Shown one piece after another: positions 1-12,507 of a stretch of 64,000 nt of DNA (its first letter is position 1; each line of letters starts with the position of its first letter). The stretch comes from Nemertoderma westbladi (lineage: Eukaryota > Animalia > Xenacoelomorpha): contig JAUCBJ010006899.1 in the NCBI GenBank assembly GCA_032718475.1, positions 1 through 64,000 on the forward strand. The letters are read 5' to 3'. The notes under the pieces were generated by a model. It was not told the DNA's origin, ran no database searches, and worked only from the letters and a program-made list of their open reading frames with translations. A program made the translations under genes and the position numbers.

Positions 1-979
1 AATTCATTAGATATGGAAAGTTACGAAATAAATGTCGACCTACAGTATAATACTTTGGGTTATAGCACTCATTACAGTATCATACCATCGAATATACAGG
101 ATAATGTTCTGTATCGCAAGCATTTATCATTAATATAATATACCGAACTGCGTACATCAATTTAATTAATAAAATCTAAAAATTGTTACGATAATTTTAC
201 CCCTTGAAATTTTGTCATTTATGACAAATTATAAATTACAGTTCGGCATTAGTTATACCATGGTAGGAATTTATATTTAGTGAAACTATTTTATTTTTCA
301 ATGTAATTCCAAGCACATAGTTGTTTAATTATTATTAAGATACTGTTGAAATACAATACCGGTTGGCATAAGGTAGAACTAAAGGTTATAAACAAAACCT
401 GTTGGTTATACTTGTTGCGATCATCTATCATCTGTATCTGTAACCGTATCTGTAATCGTTGTGGGCGAGAAACGAAGAGTAAGCGAGGTGCAGTCGGCTA
501 ATCGATACGAGTTACGACATACTGAATTCCTTTAACTCGTAGTACCGCGACCGCAGTATTTCTTATCAATAAATTTGATCATTAACTTATTAACCGTTGT
601 CAGCAGGTACAGTATGATTGGCCAAGTAGCCTAGTACGTACGGTAAATAATACAATAACAGCTGTTGCCGATAGCGAAACCCATTAATATATTATATCCT
701 TAATAATGTTTCATGTTAAAAACACATTTAAAATTTAAGAAACAAATCGGTTCCAACTGTTCTATGATCGCCAAAGTAAAAGATACTGTACATAACTAAT
801 GATTGTAGCAACTACCGACAGGCCGCTACCGCTAAGTGGTACCAAAAACAGACGGTAAGGAATGCTCAAATACTTTACAACAGTCTGTTAGACCACTTAT
901 ATCAGTTATACTACTATCAGGATCTGAAGGTGGTTAAGTAGCCAAACCATAAATACTTCCAGTATTAAAAATGTAACTG

Positions 980-1450
980 TTCAACTCAAATCAAATCGAA
1001 TTGGTTTTTATTATTCCTTTCCATATAGTTTACAAAATTGCACATATGGATGAAGATGATATTTAGGGAAAGGGAGAACAGGGCAGCGACTAATAGCAGA
1101 GCTAGTGGTTGTCACTACCCTAGGTTAAGGTGGTAAGAGATTACAGGATGGGAAGGGGAGTTGGGGGGGGGGGGGGGGGGGGGGGGTTTAATGAGGTTAC
1201 CAAAATCTATACGCAGTAGCTACTGTAATGTATATTTAGTGTTAGTTAAGTTTAGGAATAGTCTAGAGTTTAGATAAGCAGTGCAGCTTGAGCCTTTTAG
1301 AAAATATTTGTTTTGTTTTTTTCCACCTGGTATAGCATTCCAGGTGGAAGGGCCTAGAAAACTCATGGAACGTTGCGTGGACGACAGTCTTGAAAGAGGG
1401 GTAAATAAATTGCGATTACAAACTGCTCGGTTATTGTAGTGTCGTACTAA
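980..1450 (-). mobile_element. 3' fragment of an L2/Crack/CR1-group LINE (ORF2 C-terminus plus 3' UTR)
   Basis: Minus strand translates RNLFTPLSRLSSTQRSMSFLGPSTWNAIP...FSKRLKLHCL (typical GP..WN.LP..FK..LK end), then a GGGTAGTGAC...GTCGCTGCCC stem, AATAAA and a TTGA-type short-repeat tail near 980-1005. Boundaries approximate. Confidence 0.55.
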
Positions 1451-2224
1451 TAGTTTCGTAAAAAATATTAGTACCGACCGGTAGGCCGAACAAGACGGTA
1501 CGGTAGCTTACCAAAATTTGTGTCAGTTTAAACTGTAGAAATTTTAGCAACAGGCAACTCATCTAGACCTATTACACTGTATTAGAAATACTTTCAGTAT
1601 TCTGAAAGTAAGTACCTGCAGCTATGTAATTACATGTCAATGGTCAATAATTAATATGTACGGTACTGCAGTCTGGCAGTTCCTTTGACCACGATCTACA
1701 TACACTTTCAGTTTTAAGCCAAGACTTGTCTAATATACTTTCAGTTTGAAAATAAATATGTTCAGCTACATTTTTTAAAGTTACACTATATTTATTGTAT
1801 TCCAAAATTGTAACATTAATCAACGCCGATAGTATTAACAGCGAGTTTTTTAGCGAGTTTTTTTAGCACGGTTTAGCACAGTTTTTTTATGTCCTTTTAT
1901 TTGACTTTTTTTGTCATTTTTTTTTTACGAATTATGCATAATGACTTTTGTTGTCCTTTTAATGACTTTTATTGTCCTTTTAATGACTTTTTATGTATGT
2001 ATTTCTTCAAACTGTCAGACTGCTGATTTCTGGACTGTCAGACAGTTGATTTCACTATGCCTGTGCCAAAACATTCCATGATTCCATGATTTATAGACTA
2101 TGAGATAGATTTCCATATGCGCCTGTGGTAAAAAGACTCTATATTTAATAGTTTGTGGTTGTTGTCGATAATCGATTACCACATGACGTAGCAAAACACT
2201 CATTTTATAGCCAAAAACAATGAC

Positions 2225-2862
2225 CAATTGATGGAAAGGAGCAGGTTAAGGCCGAGTTTTCTAACCAAAACAATAAACAGTCACTTTACCAAATCAGGGA
2301 AAGGAGCAGGTTACAGAGACGGGATTTTCTAACCAAAACAATAAACGATCACTTAACTAATTGAGGGAAAGGAGCGGGTTACAGAGGCGGGATTTTCTAA
2401 CCAAAACAATAAACGATCACTTAACTTATTGAGGGAAAGGAGCAGGTTACAGAGGCGGGATTTTCTAACCAAAACAATAAACGATCATTTAACTAATTGA
2501 GGGAAAGGGACAGGTTACAGAGGCGGAATTTTCTAACCAAAACAATAAACGATCACTTAACTAATTGAGGGAAAGGAGCAGGTTACAGAGGCGGGATTTT
2601 CTAACCAAAACAATAAACGATCATTTAACTAATTGAGGGAAAGGGGCAGGTTACAGAAGCGGGCCTTTCTAACCAAAACAATAAACGGTCACTTTACCAA
2701 TTCAGGGAAAGGAGCAGGTTACAGAGGCGGGATTTTCTAACCAAAACAATAAACGATCATTTAACTAATTGAGGGAAAGGGGCAGGTTACAGAGGCGGGA
2801 TTTTCTAACCAAAACAATAAACGATCATTTAACTAATTGAGGGAAAGGAGCAGGTCACAGAG
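2225..2862. repeat. 68-bp minisatellite, about 9 copies
   Basis: CTAACCAAAACAATAAAC recurs at 2261, 2329, 2397, 2465, 2533, 2601, 2669, 2737 and 2805 (period 68), with near-identical intervening sequence. Confidence 0.95.
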
Positions 2863-4035
2863 ACGATAAAACTAATACAGTAATAGGCCTAAATTATGTG
2901 AAAGGTATATCCACATTTTCCACAATACTGCAATCCAGTTTGGCCTATCAATTATTTAAAATTTATTAGCACAACCGGTAGGCCTACCATTACCGTATTT
3001 AAATGGTAGGCTACACAGTAGGCCTATAGCAGTACCGGTGCCGGTACTAAAATACAGAAATACCTGCTTTATACCTACATCTGTACATACAATACAGCAA
3101 AATATTGCTATATATACTAATACCGGTACTGATAGCCTGAGAGAACAGCAGTATAGAAACCGGTAGCATGGAACCTAACATTAGACTTTTGGAGGACATA
3201 AAAAATTAAAAAAAAAGGACAAAAAAAGGATTTAAACGGACAATAAAAATTATTGCGCATTTATATTATCACTAATTCAATAAACTATTCGAAGGGTTAA
3301 AATTGGAGCCAAATTTAAACTACAATTATACATAACGGTAATACCAGTACTGTATTACAGACAGTTGAAATGTTTTTACAAGTTTGCAGTTTTCTTTAGG
3401 CCTACAACATTACAGTAAACTGGCTAATAGATAGTAGCCCAAGAGCTGACTGCTGTGTTTCTATTACATTATACATACCCTCTTAGCTTAATTTATTATT
3501 TAATTATTCAAATATAATAGCTTACCTGCTCACTGTTTTGTATTGATTGTATTGTTGAAACAGATATTATTGAAATAATCATTTCTATATTTCATTATAT
3601 TGTACCGGTACATAACCACATTTCTACATTCCCTACATTTCTAACTTTTGTATTGTAAGCTACAGTACTTTACGTTCAAATGCAGTATTAGTTCCTTGGT
3701 TGGTTATTTTTAAAAGGTCGTTCCTAGACAAAAAGTGTCATAAACTCTAACAAACCAAACCTAAACTACTAACCTTGCCTAATGGCAACCTTGAAAAAAT
3801 TTTCCAATTTCCAATTTCAATTTTCCAGTTTTCAAATTACACCTAGAAGGAGTGTGCTATGACAGGTAGGGTTTAAGATACGTTTTGTCTGTTGATATCT
3901 GTAGATCTGTAGATATGTCTGTATGTATGTATGTATGTCTGTAGATACGGTTTGTCGAAATTGTTAGAATAATAGTACTGTAATAGCAGTGTGTACGAAA
4001 TTGATATTCTATCAGCTTGCTTTGATAAATTGGAA

Positions 4036-5950
4036 ATGTCTACTCGAGCCAAACATACTTGCTCTATATATGGAATTGCGAAAGATTTACCATTAAACCA
4101 GTTACCCTCTATTCAAGATGTCATGTGCCAGTACATGAATATTCAATGTGAGCTCCCATCTAATGCTAATGTTTCTAAGATTTCACAAGTGGTAGCAATC
4201 TGTGTAATTAATAAATGGGTAGTGGTTGGTATTCCTACAGAATCACTGAGTGTTGTTCAGCAAAAAATTATGAGTTTACGGGATAGAATAAGGAATAACA
4301 TAAAGAAGAAGGGGAAATCGAAAGAAGATGTATTGAAATTGAGAAGGAATCTGGCAAAAAAATATTTGAAATTGCAGCATGCCATTGTTTAGATTTTGAT
4401 AAATGTGCTTGCACCAAAAACAGAAAGGTTCCCATTTTAGAGAGAGACATTTTAACAGACCAGAGGGGCATTCAAAATATGATTATTGGCCAGATTGATA
4501 GAGTGACTAGTTCAGCTTTAAAAAATAAGAGAGAGGGAGAAATTAAGCGTGAAAAGTACTACAAATCTTGCAAATCAGTGTCATAGATCATATGGAACAA
4601 GCTTCAGATGAGGAATCAGTTATGACTGACACCCAATCAGACAGTTCAGACGTTGATTATGTTCCACCAAATGAAAATGAGAGCCAGAGGAACATGTTAC
4701 AACTTCCAACTTTGGCACGAGAGTCTGAGAGATATGGAATTTCTAATACAGCCAGTGCCGCAATTGCAACAGATGTACTTACAGACAATGGAATAATTTC
4801 CGTTGATGACTCCACCTTAGTTGTCGATCGTTCTAAAATAAAACGCGAAAGGGAGCGACTCCTAACCTCTTTACAAACAGCTGCAATAACAACCATGCAA
4901 AATGTGGGACCTTTATCTTTATATTTCGATGGGCAAAAAGATGTCACTATCTGTGCTAAGTCAGTCAGTTCTAAGTGTCGTATGTCTGAAGAACATATAA
5001 CTCTTATTGAGGAACCAAAGTCTGTTTTTCTAGGACATGTATTTCCAGAAAGAGGTTCATCAAAGGAAATATATCTGTCAATTTTACATTTCTTTGAGGA
5101 TAATGAAATTTCATTCTAATCCCTCCAGGCTATTGGTGCTGATGGTACTAATGTAAATACTGGAATCCATGGAGGTGTTATTCGTTTGCTGGAATTGCAC
5201 TTAGATCAACCATTACAATGGTGTATATGTTTATTTCACTGCAATGAACTACCTTTGAGGCATCTGTTCATGCACTTCGATGGCACAACATCTGGGCTAA
5301 AAGCTTATACTGGACCCATTGGAAAATCGTTGGAAAGTTGTCACACTCTTTCCATTGTAAAATGTCATCCTATCAATGGGAATGTTCCCAAATTGGATAC
5401 AATAAAAGACCTTAGCAAGGACCAGAAGTATTTATACGAAATGTGTCTGTCTCTTCAAGATGGCATGGTTCCAATTTCGTTAGAACTAAGGTAGCCTAGT
5501 CTACTAAGTAAGTTTATTAAACCATTCAAGATGGCGAACTTCTGCAAACCGAATTTTACGTTTGTATGTTGCAACTTTAAATCCATGCTCACAGCTTGTT
5601 ATATTGGCAGAATTTGTTGTGAAGGTTTATGCACCAGTGTGATTCCATATAAAACTATAGCCTCAGTGCTATAAGGGTTCTGTGCACTTTTGGCGAATCA
5701 CTAACCTTAGCAGGTTTTTGGCACCAGATGAATATGAGGTAGTAAAATCAACGCTGAGAAGGAATTATTTTTATGGAATCATTTTTATTTTACTCAGCAT
5801 GGTAGTTGATGAACATAGCCATATTAGGGTATTAGCTGGGAGAAGAATCAAGTTTGCAAGATCAAGAGAGCAGCAACCAGACAGTAGTGCAGTAAGGAAG
5901 TTTTCATCACCGAAACTCAATTTAAAAGCAGACAATTATTTCGAATGTCG
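4036..5950 (+). pseudogene. Decayed hAT-superfamily (hATm-like) DDE transposase, 3'-truncated
   Basis: ORF pieces 3991-4392, 4568-5119, 5186-5494 and 5682-6017 carry LYFDGQKD, EEH..L.EEP, IGADGTNVNTG (between ORFs), PLQWCICLFHCNELPLRHLF (CxxH) and HSRW. Multiple stops and frameshifts; ends before the catalytic E. Subgroup call is tentative. Confidence 0.75.
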
Positions 5951-6393
5951 GCTAAAGGGTCTGTATCCAACCATATGGAGTAGCGTCACCTATCTGCAGG
6001 CAGTACAGATAACATGAGGACTTACTGTTGCTTACAGTAGGTTACCGGTAATCAGTATGCTACATTTGTTAAATTCATCGATTAACTACTTGACTAACTT
6101 GACTTGACTGACTACAATAGCCTATTGCAATAGATATGATAAGCCTACCTATTATCAGACAGAGTAATATTTTAGAATGTTGACTTGTACCAGCCACAGC
6201 TAGCCAGCATCGCATCATGTTGACACCTTGCAGGCCAGATTAGGTAGGTTAAAATGATCAAACTACAGAATTGAAAAGCCTAAACTCTTGTCAAATCGGA
6301 ATTACCTATATTTAGGGTTAGGCCTACCTTGACTGAATTTTTTTCTTTATTTATATTGTTAAAATTAACTATATATACTGGTATATATTAACT

Positions 6394-8725
6394 ATGAGTG
6401 AAATTGAGGAACCAGTGCAATCCACTTCCTCATCATATGATAAATCACCAGCCAAAAGGAAATCTACTGAGATATTTGGTCTTGGGAAAGGCATAACTCA
6501 AAGTGATGCAGAAATAAAAGGAATCAGGCTACCTACATCAGAACAAGTTCTTCTCATCAAACACTGTATAAAACTGCTAAACTCGTTCTGGTAAAGATAC
6601 TTCCATTTTATGAAAAGGGTAATATCCCAATGATAAAATCGAATAAAAAGCCTGCCAGAAAATAGTGAAACTTGCTAATGAGAATCTTAAGTTGAGAAGA
6701 TATCCAGTCGACTGCCAGTCATCAACTACTGTGCAGAATAAAGTAAAAGAAATGAAAGAAGAACTAGGTAAGACATTTGAGTTATGGCCAACAGATGTTG
6801 AGAAGTTGCTGGTAATAGATGAAGATCGGAAGTTTCTCCATTTAATGAAGACAGACAGGAAGGCAACATTTGGGGGAAATGACAAGTGCCTACAATCCAA
6901 AGTGAAACATTAATTTGTGCGCATGGCTAACGAAACAAAATGAGCTGAGAAGGTGAGAGATGAGCAGAAAGAAATTGAAGATGTTATGGAGTTTACTGAC
7001 TGTAGTTCGAATACCAGTGAATTTGATGATGACAGTGATGCTGATGTGACGTTTCAACCACGCCATAACACCAAGATGAGGTGCAAGTGGACAAATATAT
7101 ACACCAGTGCCTAAAGATATCCTTAAGAGACATAACCTGATGTCCTTAACAACTGGAGCTAAAATTAGTCCTGCTGTTCAAGCAGCATTCACTGAGGAAA
7201 TCATCAAAGAAATAGGTGGTGATGTTTCTAATGTGGCCAGGTCATATGCAACAGCTGATAGAGCAAGACGTGAAGTAGCTACTTCAATAGCAAAAAATAC
7301 AAAGGAGTCATGGAAGGCACCTAATTTTGCATCTCTACATTGGGACTCGAAATTGGTACCAACACTGACTGATGACCATAAAAAACACGAACGTCTCATA
7401 GTAGCAGTTGGAATAACAATGTGAATGTCTTGGGTGTCCCAAACTATGAGCCTGGTACAGATCAACACGCAGGTGATATCATTAGCCGATTGACCACAAA
7501 TCTGCTTCAAGATTGGAAGTGTGCTGATTCAGTTTGTAATATGGTATTTGACACCATTTCAGCCAACACTGGGTATGTCACAGCAGCATGTGTGTCGATG
7601 CAGCAGGGTCTTCAACGTCCACTACTATGGTCTGGTTGCCGCCATCACATCGGAGAAGTCATTCTTACCCAGGTTTTCAATGACCTTAAAGTTGAGGTGT
7701 CTAAATCTCCAGAAATTGGGATATTTACAAAGTTTCGAGAGAATTATAAACTTCTACCCTATAATGACAACACAATACGGAAGAAGATTCAGATGAGCGA
7801 GTTCAGTGAAGATTCACAAGCCAAGTTGAAAGGATGGATTGAAGAGGTGAAACCAGTTTTAAAGGCAAAGTTACCATTCAAACGGAAAGACTACCTGGAG
7901 TTTACACAATTATCTTTAATGTACCTGGATGAAAATATTGAGTTTGATTTTAGTAGACCTGGTGCCATTAGCAAGGCAAGATGGATGTCGAAATTGTTGT
8001 ATTCTGTTAAGACGGTGTTATTAGAGTCCCAGATTACCCAGTTGCCAAAGGGAACTATATGTTCAGATCAACAACTGGCAAAGCTGAGAAGATTTGTAAC
8101 CTTTGCAACTGACGTGGCTGACTTGTGACTCTATTGTCAATGCTACTTGGTATGATTTGCAATTATATAAGAAGCTGTTTCAGTACAGAGAAGTTGATCC
8201 ACCAGTTGCTGAGAGTGCTATAAAAGCATTATCCCGACATCAGTGGTATCTGCATCCAGAAATGGCTGCTCTATCTGTGTTTAGCTCTAAGGTTCCAGAA
8301 TGTGCTCTACAGGATGTAGCGAAGAGGCTCATTGCCATAAAACCTAATGTCCCAGTTATAGCTCCAGGAAATCGATTTGGTACAGGATATGGAAAACCAA
8401 AATTTGGAATCCCAATTACTCCAAATACCACACTGGCCGATCTTATTGATATTGACTCTTGGTTCACCTTTAACTTACTCGAAGTTACACTCAGTTTCTT
8501 ACAACAGGTGTTGAAGCTTGGAAGTCTACATTTGGTTACAATGAAGCTAAGGGAAGAGCTTCAAAACTTAATGTCATAAATGACAGTGCAGAGCTTGGAG
8601 TTAAGCTTAGTACAGACTTCCTGGAAAATTCAAAATCCGAATCCCACTACCAGGATGTCTTGCAGGTGGTTCAGGAGGATAGAAGCCGATGTCCAAATCT
8701 ACGTATAGTAAAGACGACTAATCAT
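6394..8725 (+). pseudogene. Second decayed hAT-superfamily (hATm-like, CRHH type) transposase
   Basis: LHWDSKL, MVFDTISANTG, LLWSGCRHH, PGAISKARWMSK and RHQWYL, then INDSAELGVKL...YQDVLQVVQEDR at ~8575-8690. Frameshifted. A possible 3' terminus (...GCAGCCTA) lies at ~9080. Confidence 0.75.
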
Positions 8726-9307
8726 TATATATATACTGTCATACTGTTAACTCACCCATAATAGTATCAAGTCAGTAATTTGTTTCTTTCTGGGCAATTA
8801 CAGTGTTTTGAGGTATTGTGATTAATATCTTTTGTTTAAAATGACTTAATTTCATTATTAGTTTGTAAAATTCTCACTGGCAGTGTGATAACAACTATTC
8901 CAGTGTTTACAATAATCATGATCAATAGCGGCAATATATGTCAACTTCATGGTCCTTGTTGCCCCTCTAGATATCACCCAACCTTGCTAAAATTTTGCAC
9001 AGAATGTTTTTTTGGAAGTGTAACACAAATATCATAGGTACAAGTCATATTTTGAATGTTTGTCAAAATGATGCAGCCTAATATTTAGGCTTACTAATGT
9101 GCTGCTCTATGCTGTATACTGCTGTGCTGTTATTGCAGTATTGTGATACAATAAAGAGATATGATGCTCTTAAACTTAAATATGAAATATACTGTAACAT
9201 AACTGTCAGACTAATCGTGGAAGTGCAGGCAGTACTGCTACTACAGTACTGCAGTATTACTGTATTATGTAGGCCTGAACAATCTATATGCGGTAGGTGC
9301 TAAAATG

Positions 9308-9645
9308 CACAATGAGCAACAGTGAGCAAGAATGACCAACAACGAGCAATATTGGGCAACAACGAGCAATAATAAAGTACAACAATGAGCAACAATGACC
9401 AACAACGAGCAACAATGACCAACAACGAGCAACATTGAGCAACAACGAGCAACAATGACCAATAACGAGCAACAATGAGCAACACTGAGCAACAACGAGC
9501 AACAATGAGCTACAACGAGCACCATTAAGCAACAATGAGCAACAACGAGCAACAAGGAGCAAATACTAGCAAAAATAAAGTACAACAACGAGCAACAATG
9601 ACAACAATGAGCAACAATGACCAACAACAAGCAACATTGAGCAAC
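9308..9645. repeat. 10-bp tandem repeat CAACAAYGAS, about 30 degenerate copies
   Basis: Direct reading (caacaacgag/caacaatgag/caacaatgac). It generates the spurious Cys/Leu-rich ORFs at 9265-9708. Confidence 0.9.
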
Positions 9646-12199
9646 ATATCTACCAGTTATGAAAATTAGTCCCTGTCTGTCTACTACCAAAACGATATTA
9701 ATAAACACACCGTTCTGGTGTTGGGAGGAAGTTTTATTGACAATGTTGTCCCTTTCTCCTTCTCTAATAGTAATTTCGAACCAGAAGTTATTCAGCAGCC
9801 CAGCCCACCACCCACTATAGATGGGGATGGGGTTGTTGTGGTTTATAGAACAAACACTTCCTTATACACAAACGCTACTGACTGGAGGTGGAAACTTTGT
9901 GAGAGTAGAGTTTCTACTATAGCTAACATCTCGTCCTTGAGATGGGAAGGAAATAAAGTTTAGTTGGGATAAATATTAAACTGCACCAATTCAATTGATT
10001 ATTTACTCCAAACATTCATTCGCCCCTATCCTAATCCCCTCCACCTCCCACTCTTATTATTTAGTTCGGTTATTATATTTATACTCATTTAATGTACCAG
10101 TTAATTAATTATGCGGTTTTGTATTAAATCTTTCCTATTTATTAGTTTATTTTCTATATATTTTATTTCATTGAGTAAAGCCTTACATTATATCATACGC
10201 ATAATAAGTTGATTATATGTTCTAGCGATATCAGAAGCAATGGGCTGCTAAAATATATTTGGTTTATTTGTTACTGAATAAATTTCGGTGCTTTATAAAA
10301 TATCTTAATCGTTTCTCATGGGTACTGTGTACTTTGTGTGTAAACAAGTAGTTGTGTACACATGTACTTTTTGTATAGAAATTTATTTATATGTTGGGGT
10401 TTACATCTGTATGGATATAATAGTATTGCATTGTCGGTGTTGTGTTTCTAATGCAATTATTGTTTCCTTATTTCGTATTGTTTTGACGTTTTTGCAATTA
10501 GTATATTTCAGCACAGTCTGTGTCTCAATTATATATTTACCAAACCCAACTCATGGTAAACAAACAATAATGCTGGATCAAATAATTGTACTCGAAAGAA
10601 ATAAATCTTGCATTTTATTTAACTTATCCTGACCAAACAGGGTACATTGAGATTGATTGTAAATGCACATTAACTGATTTGTTGCCGAATATTTTTATTT
10701 GAGTTTGTTGAAACGGGATAAAGTAAATCATCTGAAAACTAATAATAACAAAATTACTAACTAATAATATCATTACGTATTCATTTGTTACATAACCTTC
10801 AATTGCAATCTTTATGTTCTGCCACTCTGATTAAGTGCCGTTTCTGTATTAAGAATATTTATACTGAATAAATTCTTATTAATTCAATAGAAATCAATAT
10901 ATTTATTAAATTTAATACATTAGTTTTATAGGGATTCAATTTATGGGTGAGGCAGTTCTATATAGAACAAATCCAGTAGAAAATGTAAGAAATGTTTTAA
11001 CTGAAAGATTACAAATCTAAATTCAACCATTTAAATGTTACCATGTAGTCCGTGGTGTTTATATTTAGGGTGATGGTTAATAAACAGGCGGTCCGATTCG
11101 TGGCATTATGTTATTACGTGACGAGGTTATATTGTAGTGAGTAGGAAAAACTGTTCTAGCAGTAAAGTTTATCTGTACTTCAACCTACATGCAGACTTGA
11201 TTAAATTTTCGTATCCATATAATGCTTTATGTACATTGAGAAAGTGGGTAATATTTTGTAGTATTTCTATTGTATGTATTTTAGTTAAAATCACATGGTT
11301 GCTTGGCTCCTATAGTTATCTAGAATTATCAATATATATAATATAGATTTTACTATTTTTATACAATTTATATTTTGATAGGTTATAGTTTGCCTTATAT
11401 ATTCATTACTGTATATATACAGTATAATATATATATATTTTGTATACTTATTAGGGGAATCACTCGTTCTATAACAAATATTTGACCTTCTGATAGAAAG
11501 ATGATAGCTAGTAATTTTGATTTTCTGTAAGATAAAAACGCCTCATTCTTAGTATAATTCTGAAATGCCCTAGGCCATTATTGAAAAGGTGTCAATTTTG
11601 ATTTTTTTTTATAAAATTCATTTTTTAACTTTTTTTTCATCAAGACATGTTGCTGATGATATATAAAAGCCTCGTTTATGGTGTAAGGAATATAAAACAC
11701 CTGGAACATCTGCAACAGTGACGCTCAATATTGCTCAGATCCATGTGTTATTTTATGTGCGTAACCTTTTTTAATGCAAAAGGTTTTCTAAAGCATTTCA
11801 AATTTACCGCCTCTATTAATTGTAAATTCATACAATTTTAATGTTATTTGACTAACCATACTACATTGTAGAAATTTAAGGTATTTTGATTGGCTCATTT
11901 AGTTGGAGGGAGATTCAAACATGATTCCCTGCGTTACTGATATCTGCATGCCCGTGCATTTCCTTAAAATTAATACATTTTATTAGTTATAGATAGATAG
12001 GGGTCTTATAGTTATAGATATATAGTGAAGCCACATTATTCTGAAAACCCTTCACACGGAATTATGAAGTCGTTTTTATGTCTACCAGCTACTGTAGATA
12101 CGCCTGTGTAAGATACTTGTTTATGTTTATCCTTGCAAATTGGGAGAAGTATTATAAGGTAATGTTACTAAGTATTTAATATGTACTATATTACTATAT

Positions 12200-12469
12200 G
12201 TCACCACTAGACCAAGTAGCAGCTTGGTCTAGTGGTGACATTCCTAGTCTTCAAATTAAGGGGCCCTGGTTCGATCCCTAGATGGGGCAGCACTGTTTGT
12301 GCACAGTGCTTTAAATGCTGTAGCCTAGCCCAACCCGGCTTTCATCCTTCAGTGGTCGATAAATGGGAACCAAGGCAACTTGGGGAACAGAGTTGAAGGG
12401 TTTACTGTGGTAGATCACCCATGGTGGTGAACAGGCATTCCTTAGCTTAACGAGCCTAAAAGATTCTCC
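12200..12469 (+). mobile_element. tRNA-derived SINE with Deu/Nin-type central domain
   Basis: A box TGGTCTAGTGG (~12226), B box GGTTCGATCC (~12268), core CTTTCATCCTTCAGTGGTCGATAAATGGGAACC (~12340-12372). 11-bp TSD TATTACTATAT at 12189-12199 and 12470-12480. Confidence 0.8.
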
Positions 12470-12507
12470 TATTACTATATTTTATTGACTGCAATAGGAC
12501 CAATGCT

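Noticed and set aside
1164-1186. Poly-G run as a functional element
   Set aside because: A homopolymer within a LINE 3' UTR; similar G/C runs occur in the MITEs and are length-unreliable.
2225-2862. Possible CRISPR-like array
   Set aside because: Units are contiguous near-identical 68-mers with no unique spacers, in eukaryotic TE context without cas genes.
1850-3300. DNA transposon enclosing the 68-bp array (GTCCTTTT/AAAAGGAC inverted motifs, AGGG-TTAA at ~3293-3300)
   Set aside because: No matching left TTAA-CCCT terminus or TSD could be found, so boundaries are unsupported.
9265-9708. Cys/Leu-rich membrane protein ORFs
   Set aside because: They are translations of the 10-bp tandem repeat, open in several frames.
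12217-12290. tRNA gene
   Set aside because: A and B boxes are present, but they are followed by a SINE core and flanked by a TSD; no convincing cloverleaf.
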